Of a stretch of 32,000 nt of DNA, positions 1 through 6,845 are shown in pieces (positions within the stretch are counted from its first letter, which is position 1; every line of letters begins with the position of its first letter). The translations under genes were made by a program, and so were the position numbers. The DNA comes from Nostoc punctiforme PCC 73102 (lineage in GTDB: Bacteria > Cyanobacteriota > Cyanobacteriia > Cyanobacteriales > Nostocaceae). The DNA lies in the NCBI RefSeq assembly GCF_000020025.1, contig NC_010630.1:1-32000 (forward strand). The letters run 5' to 3'. Under the pieces are notes generated by a model, which did not search any database, was not told the origin of the DNA, and was given only the letters and a program-made list of their open reading frames with translations.

Positions 1-1161
1 AAGATTAAAAGCAATAGTAGCTAATCAAGGACGGGTGATATTAGCGATCGATGGAATGCAGCCAGAAATTGGACATGAAGTATTATGGGTAATTCGAGAT
101 TGCTTATCAGGAGAAATAATACTTGCTAAAACCTTATTATCATCAAGAAATGAAGATTTAGTGGCGTTATTATTAGAAGTAACTAATACTTTGGATGTAC
201 CAATTGATGGAGTTGTTAGTGATGGGCAACAATCAATTCGTAAAGCTGTTAGGTTAGCATTACCTAGAATTGCTCACGGTTTATGTCATTACCATTATCT
301 GAAAGAAGCAATTAAACCCATATATGAGGCAGATCGACATGCAAAAAAGGAATTGAAAAAAAAAGTTAGAGGATTACGAGACATTGAACGTAGTATTACC
401 AATGAAACTCAGGAAATGGCAACTATTATTGAAGATTATTGCTCGGCAGTGCGTAGTTCTATAACCAATGATGGTCATCCACCGTTAGAGGCATCAGGAT
501 TAAAGTTACAAGAAAATTTGACATTGATAGAGCAAAGCTTAGAACGGATGGAAAAAAAAGTGCTTTAACCCCACCCTTAGTCAACCTAAAACACCTGATA
601 GCTAAGGGTTTATCTGCGACTGCATCTTTATTTTCACCCGTGAGGGTTGCATATCAGTGGGTTGATAAAGCTAGTGATATTCTCAATAATAAAATAGGTC
701 TTAATGCTGCTGGGGTCAAACAAAGTTATCAGCAACTGTTAACAGAAATGTCCCAACAAAAGCAGAAAGCTGGTTCACTCAATACCGCAATCGATAACTT
801 TATAAAAACCACTCATAGCTACTGGTCTGGACTTTTTCATTGTTACGAAATTGAAGATTTTCCCAGAACTAATAATGACTTAGAACATGCTTTTGGTATG
901 CTACGTCATCATCAACGTCGTTGTACTGGTCGTAAAGTTGCCCCCTCATCCCTTGTCATTCGTGGCTCTGTCAAACTTGCCTGTGCGATCGCTACTAAGC
1001 TTCATTCTTTTACCGCATCTGATTTAGCGCAAGTTGATATTCATACTTGGCTCGAATTACGCTCGCAATTACAAAAACACCACAAAGCCAGAATTGAACA
1101 GTATCGATTTCGCAGAGACCCCAAGGCTTACTTGGCTAATCTAGAAAGTCGTCTTCTCTAG
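1..1161 (+). pseudogene. IS-type DDE transposase. The 5' end runs off the window. The gene is split into two ORFs (to 568, and 640-1161) by a frame change at an A8 run (552-559).
   Basis: The reading frame is open from nt 2 (RLKAIVANQGRVILAIDGMQPE...). DGQQSIRKA...GLCHYHYLKEA resembles the QxC..H..RN block of MULE/IS256-like enzymes. PRTNNDLEHAFGMLRHHQRRCTGRK resembles the TNNxxE...GRK C-terminal catalytic block of IS66/ISL3/IS256-type enzymes. The -1 frame is open straight through the A8 run into the second ORF. The IS family is uncertain. Confidence 0.55.
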
Positions 1162-1175
1162 TAAGTTTTGCCACG

Positions 1176-1316
1176 CTAGGTAAAATCACTGTCGCTGTAA
1201 AGTGTGCCAATCTCATCTCGCATGGTGAGATAAAGGTTGCCTTTTGGGAAAGCAGCGCGGGCGACACGAACTGTTTCCTCTGGCACAGGACTGATGGGTT
1301 GCGGTTTCAGTGACAT
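1176..1316 (-). pseudogene. N-terminal fragment (about 45 codons) of an IS5/IS1182-type (DUF772 N-terminus) transposase, truncated at the junction with the neighbouring IS
   Basis: My own minus-strand translation from the ATG at 1316 gives MSLKPQPISPVPEETVRVARAAFPKGNLYLTMRDEIGTLYSDSDFT*. This matches the very conserved N-terminus I recall for DUF772-type transposases. It stops abruptly about 15 nt from the end of the upstream transposase ORF. Confidence 0.5.
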
Positions 1317-1406
1317 ATCCCTAACTCTCCTGGCTAAATATAATGCCAATCTTAGGGTGACACTCTACGGAACTCCTGTCTACTTTTGACTTCGCCAACA
1401 GCATCA

Positions 1407-1446
1407 GAGGATGTTTGAAAAGTTATAATAGGGTAAATTTTATACC
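1407..1446. repeat. Copy A of a roughly 40-bp direct repeat (gaggatgtttgaaaagttataatagggtaaattttata); probable IS end remnant
   Basis: About 29 of 38 positions are identical to 1866-1905 in the same orientation, including an exact 12-mer tgtttgaaaagt. It lies just downstream of the IS5-type C-terminal remnant. Confidence 0.5.
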
Positions 1447-1514
1447 AATCGTCTGATCACAATTCGGTTCATGGCAAGGTAAATAAACGTCTCAGCAGTT
1501 TCAGCAAGTAGTTC

Positions 1515-1655
1515 CTAGTCTTTGTTCAATCGCCGACACCAAACAAGCCAACCAAAGGTACGCTCCACGACCCAGCGCTTGGGCAGCAAAACAAACCCCT
1601 TATACTCTTTGGGTCGGATGACTACTTGTATAATCCAACGGCACTCATTCCATCA
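1515..1655 (-). pseudogene. C-terminal remnant of an IS5-family transposase with an in-frame stop
   Basis: Minus-strand translation gives ...[57 protein letters not shown] is the hallmark C-terminal block of IS5-family transposases. Here TAG replaces the Y codon, and the frame is closed by TGA upstream. Confidence 0.6.
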
Positions 1656-1865
1656 CCCACTGCATAAAAAGATCACCGTTAAAGCTACTATCAACCCATA
1701 AAAGTAACGCAAGAATCTGAAAAACCAGCTTTTAAAGCTCCTTCAACTGAACACTTAATTAAGTTTCAGTCTCGCTTGTAAGAATTACGCAGTCTTTGAC
1801 AAAACTTCATAAAGTTTAGGCGAAATTTCCTCATCGTAGTTGAGGTATGGTTTTACTGGACTTTA

Positions 1866-1905
1866 GAGGGTGTTTGAAAAGTAATAAGAGGTCAGATTTT
1901 ATGTC
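1866..1905. repeat. Copy B of the roughly 40-bp direct repeat (gagggtgtttgaaaagtaataagaggtcagattttatg)
   Basis: See copy A. The two copies are direct, not inverted, so they are not the two ends of one intact IS. Confidence 0.5.
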
Positions 1906-1943
1906 AAACGCCTTACTAGTGATCGCTTGAGCAAAATTCACAA

Positions 1944-2141
1944 TCAATCTTCCTGGGAAGCTTCAGCTTGTTCCTTAGCCACAGCCTCAGCAATAACCTG
2001 CCGCAACCACTCGGAACGATTGGGCTTGTTTCGCACGTAGGCATCTAAATCTTCTGGGAGCATCACAGATATAGGTTTTGTATCACATTTAACACCTACT
2101 CCTTTTGATTTAAAGCGAGTTGCAATATCGTTTCTTGCCAT
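1944..2141 (-). CDS. Ribbon-helix-helix (CopG/Arc/MetJ-like) DNA-binding protein, 65 aa
   Basis: PISVMLPEDLDAYVRNKPNRSEWLRQVIAEAV is a typical beta-strand/helix/helix RHH pattern. An AAGGA SD lies about 9 nt upstream of the ATG. Two perfect palindromes sit in its upstream region. Confidence 0.7.
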   Translation of the reverse strand: MARNDIATRFKSKGVGVKCDTKPISVMLPEDLDAYVRNKPNRSEWLRQVIAEAVAKEQAEASQED

Positions 2142-2180
2142 AGTGATTATCCTTTCTCTCTACAACTACAATAGCAAAGC

Positions 2181-2194
2181 CCACATATATGTGG
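2181..2194. promoter_or_regulatory. Operator-like perfect 14-bp palindrome ccacatatatgtgg
   Basis: It is an exact palindrome 40-53 nt upstream of the RHH start codon. It shares its core with the 22-bp palindrome at 2241-2262. A TAATAT -10-like hexamer on the minus strand lies immediately upstream. Confidence 0.6.
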
Positions 2195-2240
2195 CAATAT
2201 ATTAGATATTTTTATCATTAAAAAAGGCTATTATCGTTAT

Positions 2241-2262
2241 TATCCCACATATATGTGGGATA
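2241..2262. promoter_or_regulatory. Operator-like perfect 22-bp palindrome tatcccacatatatgtgggata
   Basis: It is an exact palindrome. Its centre is 64 bp (about six helical turns) from the centre of the first palindrome. It lies between the divergent RHH gene and ardA. Confidence 0.6.
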
Positions 2263-2374
2263 ATAAAAGAGTAAGAAATAGGAACGGAGCGCCAAAAAGA
2301 CTCCCGGTAACGGAACCGAACCGAAGCGTGAAATTTAAGATGTAGCGCCAAGTCCAAAACTCTTACATCAACAA

Positions 2375-2418
2375 CAGAAAAAGCACCCCCGACGACCAAT
2401 CTAAAGGTGCTTTTTCTG
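2375..2418. promoter_or_regulatory. 13-bp perfect stem / 18-nt loop hairpin 29 nt upstream of ardA
   Basis: cagaaaaagcacc (2375-2387) pairs perfectly with ggtgctttttctg (2406-2418). No upstream + strand gene exists that it could terminate. Confidence 0.4.
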
Positions 2419-2446
2419 AGTTCTAATACTAGAAGGATTCTAACAC

Positions 2447-3199
2447 ATGAATTTGTTTTCTAACACTCTAATATTTCACTCAGAAGTAGAAGCACAATTA
2501 GTTGCTGAACAAGTTTACAACTGCCGCCTTGAAGGTAATATTTTAAGCTGTCCTATTAAGGAACAACGGGCAGTAGATTTAGCAATTAGTCTATCAGATG
2601 TTGCCTTACCAATAGTTGAAGGTGCAAGCTGTTTGCTCCCCTTCCCTAAACATGAGCGAGAATGTCAAGATGATGATGCACCACAGGTTTATGTAGCTTG
2701 TTTATCTGCATACAACAATGGCAAATTACACGGAATGTGGATTGACTGTACACAAGATGCAGATGAAATTCAATACGATATTGAATGGATGTTATCATGG
2801 TCGCCCTGTCATAATTATGAAGCCTGTGAAGAGTGGGCAATCCATGATTTTCAAAACTGGTATGGTATTCACATTGATGAATACGAAAGCATAGAAAAAT
2901 TAGCCGAACTTGCTCAAATATTATCAGAGCATGGTGCAGCTTACGCCGCTTATTATGAATATGACAGTAGTGAGGCTAGTGTAGAAGGTTTTCAAGAACA
3001 TTACTGGGGTGAGTACGAAAGTGAAGAGGATTTTGTTTATGACCAACTCGAACAACAGGGATTGATTAAAAACTTAGAAGACATGGGTATTCCTAGCTTC
3101 TACCTTAATTTTGAAGCAATAGCCCGTGATTGGTTTATTGACTCTTATTATTCAGTAGAAGAAGGCTATAAAAAAGTCTACATCTTCAGTCGTTTTTAA
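2447..3199 (+). CDS. ardA: ArdA-type antirestriction protein (DNA mimic) with a roughly 80-aa N-terminal extension
   Basis: QVYVACLSAYNNGKLHGMWIDC...WAIHDFQNWYG matches the conserved ArdA N-terminal core as I remember it (VYV..L..YN.G.L.G.WID...D.E.F/W.G). The C-terminal half is very acidic (EYESEEDFVYDQLEQ). AAGGA lies upstream of the ATG. The true start could instead be the in-frame TTG near 2633. Confidence 0.7.
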   Translation: MNLFSNTLIFHSEVEAQLVAEQVYNCRLEGNILSCPIKEQRAVDLAISLSDVALPIVEGASCLLPFPKHERECQDDDAPQVYVACLSAYNNGKLHGMWIDCTQDADEIQYDIEWMLSWSPCHNYEACEEWAIHDFQNWYGIHIDEYESIEKLAELAQILSEHGAAYAAYYEYDSSEASVEGFQEHYWGEYESEEDFVYDQLEQQGLIKNLEDMGIPSFYLNFEAIARDWFIDSYYSVEEGYKKVYIFSRF

Positions 3200-3212
3200 T
3201 ACATAAAAATTG

Positions 3213-3245
3213 ACCAGAGGGGTAAAAACTCCCTCTGGTTTTCAT
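3213..3245 (+). terminator. Intrinsic terminator after ardA
   Basis: The 9-bp stem accagaggg / ccctctggt has a 9-nt loop and is followed by a T-run. It lies between convergent genes. Confidence 0.65.
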
Positions 3246-3271
3246 ATATTTATTGATAAATCAGAAAGAAA

Positions 3272-3610
3272 CTAATCCAAAATATCAATCTCCTCATCCT
3301 CTTCATCTGGCCAGAGTCGCAGTTGCAAAACTTCAACTAGAAACTGACCAACTTTGACCCAATCAATCTCATTTAGCTCAATTTCTGGAAGCGGATAATT
3401 TTTCATGATGTTGCAAAAGCTAGTCCAATCATCCCAAATACCTTCAGCTAAGTAGTCAAGTTCTTCATTCGTGATGAAGCGAGTATCAATATCAAGTTGA
3501 ACTCTTTCTTTAATTTCTGCCAAAACTCGCGGAGACCACTTATTTTTCTTGATGATATTTTCAAACCAGTTAATAACTTTATCTGTCTGGTTTGTCAGTT
3601 GATTAACCAT
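3272..3610 (-). CDS. Small, strongly acidic hypothetical protein (112 aa)
   Basis: It is the last ORF of the minus-strand operon. It ends in the acidic tail WPDEEDEEIDILD. I recognise no family. Confidence 0.5.
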   Translation of the reverse strand: MVNQLTNQTDKVINWFENIIKKNKWSPRVLAEIKERVQLDIDTRFITNEELDYLAEGIWDDWTSFCNIMKNYPLPEIELNEIDWVKVGQFLVEVLQLRLWPDEEDEEIDILD

Positions 3611-3643
3611 GTGGCTACATGACCAATTCTTAAGGTGTATTGT

Positions 3644-3958
3644 TCAGTTTTTTTGGCGTGTTTGTTGTTGAGGTTTAGGAGGAATAACCAGTGTTGTTTT
3701 ATCCAACCTTAAAAGATAGCAGTAACTTTTGATACTTGAACAAGCAATCACAGACGGATAATTTACCCCAAAGCCAAAACCCAAGAAAACGAAGATGCTA
3801 AACGAAGTCAGATAGAATAGCCAACCTGACCACCCTGAAGTAATCCAGCGTGCAAAGTAAATCAAATTGACTTTGAATTGCTGCGATCGCTGACTACGTA
3901 GTTTCACTTGCTTCTGTTGGGCCTCAATCCATTGCTGAGATTCATTGAGTTTGTTCAA
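3644..3958 (-). CDS. Membrane-anchored segment. It is probably the -1-frame continuation of the upstream 275-aa ORF rather than an independent gene.
   Basis: The ORF track starts it at a TTG, but its frame is open upstream to 4135 and reads as plausible coiled-coil protein (ADFPSIPAAAAFNELAADIGEWVKIRIDEEKHTIEVKAHKIIEEKAKLRATQIALNKL...). It contains a hydrophobic helix, WSGWLFYLTSFSIFVFLGFGFGV. Confidence 0.5.
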   Translation of the reverse strand: MNKLNESQQWIEAQQKQVKLRSQRSQQFKVNLIYFARWITSGWSGWLFYLTSFSIFVFLGFGFGVNYPSVIACSSIKSYCYLLRLDKTTLVIPPKPQQQTRQKN

Positions 3959-4038
3959 AGCTATTTGGGTTGCCCGAAGCTTGGCTTTTTCCTCAATAAT
4001 TTTGTGCGCTTTGACCTCAATAGTATGCTTTTCCTCAT

Positions 4039-4866
4039 CTATTCTGATCTTGACCCATTCTCCAATGTCGGCGGCAAGCTCATTAAAGGCGGCTGCGGCT
4101 GGAATACTGGGGAAATCGGCTTTTTTCCCATGACCTTAGCTCTAAACGCCTCTCGTAGTTGCTGCCATTCCTGTTGAAAAGCAGGTGATTTCATCTCCTC
4201 TAATAAAGACTGCAAATACAACTTGGGCAACCCAGCCATATCACCCTTGGCCTTCTGTCGCACCATTTCTCTAATTAACTCTCGCTCCTCCTCACCCAAT
4301 AAAGCCGTAGTATCTCCAAGCTGTTGCAGAAGTTCATCTGTATCTACATCTGGTGTCGAGTTATTCAGCCCGAAATATTGTGCAACCTCCTCAAAGGATT
4401 TGCGTTGATTTTTGATTAAATCGCAAGCCTCAAAGAAGCGATCGCACTCAGCTTGGTTATATTCATCCTGGTCTTGGAGTCCACAAGCTTGCAAAATTGA
4501 GAGAGATTCACCCAGCGAAATTTTAGTGCCTACTCGTTCTTTAGCCCTACATAACAATGCAGAGATATCTAGAGGTTCAGCAGTAGGTTCATTTTTCTCA
4601 TGTTTAGATTTTTTGACTTTAGGTTTTGGGCTAGTTTCTGGTTGCCCCTTGACTTCTAATTCTTGTTGAAGTAAACCCGTAGCCTGTTGGTAGTCAGAGA
4701 CACGCTCAGAAGTAAAGTATTGACGGATAGTATCAAAACCAGATTGAATCTCTTCATCTGCATATTCATTACAATCGGTAGACAACCCACAGGCGCTGAG
4801 AGTGGCATTCACATCTTCCACAGAGAGCGAATAAAGATTTTGCAGAGCTTCTTTAGTGTATGGCAT
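4039..4866 (-). CDS. Hypothetical protein, 275 aa in the zero frame, with two copies of an L..ACGL...EY...E..F module
   Basis: AGGAG lies 9 nt upstream of the ATG. Internal repeats: SLSVEDVNATLSACGLSTDCNEYADEEIQSGFDTIRQYF versus SLGESLSILQACGLQDQDEYNQAECDRFFEACDL...VAQYF. The zero-frame tail after the A_AAA_AAG site (PISPVFQPQPPLMSLPP...) looks non-protein-like. Confidence 0.6.
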   Translation of the reverse strand: MPYTKEALQNLYSLSVEDVNATLSACGLSTDCNEYADEEIQSGFDTIRQYFTSERVSDYQQATGLLQQELEVKGQPETSPKPKVKKSKHEKNEPTAEPLDISALLCRAKERVGTKISLGESLSILQACGLQDQDEYNQAECDRFFEACDLIKNQRKSFEEVAQYFGLNNSTPDVDTDELLQQLGDTTALLGEEERELIREMVRQKAKGDMAGLPKLYLQSLLEEMKSPAFQQEWQQLREAFRAKVMGKKPISPVFQPQPPLMSLPPTLENGSRSE

Positions 4867-4878
4867 GATTGTTAACTC

Positions 4879-5325
4879 CTACTTGAATGCTTCTTCTAGT
4901 AGCTCGTCATTTTCAAGGCTCATTACTGATGTCAAATTTTGCTCACCATCACTTTTTACGTGAGTGGGCACAGATTTGGATGTATAAACATCGACATTGG
5001 GATCAAGGTCAGTATCAGAATGAGAAGAATTGCCCAGCATCCCTTGATTCCCTAACTCATTTTCCAAACCAAAAGCTTGGGCTAAATAAATAATTTGTTG
5101 TTGCAATTGGTAGATTGCAGTTCTGGCTTTCAGCTTCAAGTCAGCATCACTGAATCCCCCAGACCACTTACAGGCTAAAGGATACCAAAAAGCCACGAGC
5201 GCCCAGGTAATCATATTTTGGCGCGGGAACTCAAGAAACTTATTCTTGGGACTGAGATATTTAATCAGCGTGATATAAGGAGAATTGACACTAATTTGAA
5301 AGCGAAAATCGACTTGTTCAGGCAT
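4879..5325 (-). CDS. Candidate ParR-like centromere-binding adaptor (148 aa)
   Basis: Its start overlaps the parM-like stop by 8 nt (ATGCCTGA). It has an N-terminal beta-strand-like VDFRFQISV followed by helices, and an acidic C-terminal tail ENDELLEEAFK. The assignment is by position and architecture only. Confidence 0.4.
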   Translation of the reverse strand: MPEQVDFRFQISVNSPYITLIKYLSPKNKFLEFPRQNMITWALVAFWYPLACKWSGGFSDADLKLKARTAIYQLQQQIIYLAQAFGLENELGNQGMLGNSSHSDTDLDPNVDVYTSKSVPTHVKSDGEQNLTSVMSLENDELLEEAFK

Positions 5326-6424
5326 GAGTCGTCATCCTTTCAGAAGTTCCACACAGGTAATAGAAGAGTCCGTAATTATCTGTCAGCCGAAATTCCAATC
5401 CATTACGGGACACATCAGCTAAAAAGTTACGGTTAATTTGTGCTTCCAGTTCGTTACACCAGATTTTCTCAGTGTGCGGCAACAGACTATTTAACTCACG
5501 AGATAAATAGTGGGCTGTACCACCAGCAAATATCATCTCGTCCACATCAGAGGGGATGCGACTACGCAACCAACTAAAAAGACTAATCCAGTATTCCTCT
5601 CGTGCAGTTGCTACTGCTGACCTAATTTGAGAAAGTTCTGTATCTCGTAAACCAGGGTCTTGAACCCGGACTAAGTGAGCTAAAGCCTTAGTGCTGATTT
5701 TAGAACCAGCCTTAGAAATAGCCTGAGCCAACTTCAGAGCCTTCTGTCCAGATACCAAACGTTGCACACAGCCAACTAACTTGTTGAATCCTAAATCTTC
5801 GGTAACGCCTTGAGAAATCATACCTCTGTCCATAATCAGCAAAGAGATATTGCGATAACCAATCATCACCACGGCGATTTTGCGTTCTTTGAGACTGGAA
5901 CCGGGAGCGCGTCCCCGTGAAATCAAACCAAAACCTTCTGGACGACAGAGGAAACTTTCCAACTCAAACGAGCGTTCCACACCGCGAAACCGAAAACCAG
6001 CCAGAGCTTCAGTTACTAATTGTTCAAATAATTTGCGGTCTTCGTACTCACCGTAAGGCAACAGCACCCCTAAACGGATACTTGCGCCATTAGAAAGAGA
6101 GTTTTTTTGTGCAAGAGCGCCTACAAGAGCCAAAGTCTTGTAAAGAGCAAGTTCAAACTTTGGTTCAGAAAGTTTTAAATCTGCATAGAATCGGTCTTGG
6201 GCAAGGAAACCAACAGCCCGATATTGTCCTTTGTACTCAACCCAAGCAGAATTTTCAGCAGCCGGACTACCAACACAGCTTGACTCGTAAGCTACAAGAC
6301 TGGCTTTAGGAACTTGGGCAACTTCCGGTTCCATCAGTAGTAGTTCCGGGTGGAAGGATTTGAGAGTATAGAAAATCTTGCTCAGGGATGAACCTGGATC
6401 AAATGCAATTGTTAAATCTGCCAT
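5318..6424 (-). CDS. Actin-like ATPase of the ParM/StbA (Alp) type; plasmid segregation
   Basis: IAFDPGSSLSKIFY matches the phosphate-1 DxGxxxxK motif. VVMIGYRNISLLIMDRG is phosphate-2-like. MIFAGGTAHYL matches the adenosine motif GG(T/A). The size of 368 aa fits. It is preceded by iteron arrays. Confidence 0.6.
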   Translation of the reverse strand: MADLTIAFDPGSSLSKIFYTLKSFHPELLLMEPEVAQVPKASLVAYESSCVGSPAAENSAWVEYKGQYRAVGFLAQDRFYADLKLSEPKFELALYKTLALVGALAQKNSLSNGASIRLGVLLPYGEYEDRKLFEQLVTEALAGFRFRGVERSFELESFLCRPEGFGLISRGRAPGSSLKERKIAVVMIGYRNISLLIMDRGMISQGVTEDLGFNKLVGCVQRLVSGQKALKLAQAISKAGSKISTKALAHLVRVQDPGLRDTELSQIRSAVATAREEYWISLFSWLRSRIPSDVDEMIFAGGTAHYLSRELNSLLPHTEKIWCNELEAQINRNFLADVSRNGLEFRLTDNYGLFYYLCGTSERMTTHA

Positions 6425-6504
6425 CGCTATTTGCTTGGCTGAAACCCTTTAATTATTAAACAACAAACTGCCAAAAAAAAGGCAAAATTAAGGAATTTTA
6501 CAAA

Positions 6505-6570
6505 AAGGTAAATATAAGGAATTTCAATGGTAAATCAATGGCATTTCAATGGCAAATACAAGGAATAATT
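6505..6570. repeat. parC-like iteron array 1: six tandem 11-bp units (consensus A-W-G-G-N-A-W-W-T-N-N)
   Basis: Units start at 6505, 6516, 6527, 6538, 6549 and 6560: aaggtaaatat, aaggaatttca, atggtaaatca, atggcatttca, atggcaaatac, aaggaataatt. One further out-of-register unit lies at 6490. Confidence 0.75.
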
Positions 6571-6629
6571 CCATCCGATTTCCGTAAAAAACAGGAAAAT
6601 TGGAAATTTTCCGCTATTCAGGAAAAAAT

Positions 6630-6695
6630 AAGGTAAATCAATGGCATTACCAAGGTATTTATAAGGTAGTGGTAAGGTAAATATAAGGATTTTGG
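6630..6695. repeat. parC-like iteron array 2: six tandem 11-bp units in the same orientation
   Basis: Units start at 6630, 6641, 6652, 6663, 6674 and 6685: aaggtaaatca, atggcattacc, aaggtatttat, aaggtagtggt, aaggtaaatat, aaggattttgg. Two blocks are shared exactly with array 1: a 17-mer (6632-6648 = 6529-6545) and a 16-mer (6674-6689 = 6505-6520). Confidence 0.75.
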
Positions 6696-6845
6696 CTTTG
6701 AAAACCCAGTTTACCAAAGGGATTTCTCCCTCTGGACTCCCTCCGAAAAATTCTCGCACAGTACGCAAAAAAGTTTTGCCCGAAATTTGAAGTAGATTTA
6801 GAATTGGAGTAGGCGAAGAAAACCTGTATTAAGTAATATTAAAAA

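Noticed and set aside
2202-2399. 65-aa minus-strand ORF between the RHH gene and ardA
   Set aside because: It spans the palindromic operators and the hairpin and has an odd composition. It has no SD and is an intergenic shadow ORF.
2646-2840. 64-aa minus-strand ORF inside ardA
   Set aside because: It is antisense to the ArdA core and is a shadow ORF.
3908-5436. Set of + strand ORFs: 3908-4177, 3945-4133, 4223-4408, 4412-4669, 4687-4875, 4887-5093, 5218-5436
   Set aside because: All are antisense to well-supported minus-strand genes. Their translations are Ser/Cys/Leu-rich shadow products with no SD or coupling.
6490-6695. Possible CRISPR array
   Set aside because: The units are only 11 bp, directly abutting with no spacers, and degenerate. 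No cas genes are present. This is iteron or centromere architecture.
6535-6768. 77-aa minus-strand ORF covering the region upstream of the parM-like gene
   Set aside because: It is built almost entirely from the 11-bp iteron arrays and an AT-rich spacer, and has a repetitive, low-complexity translation. The repeats are better explained as a centromere or operator.
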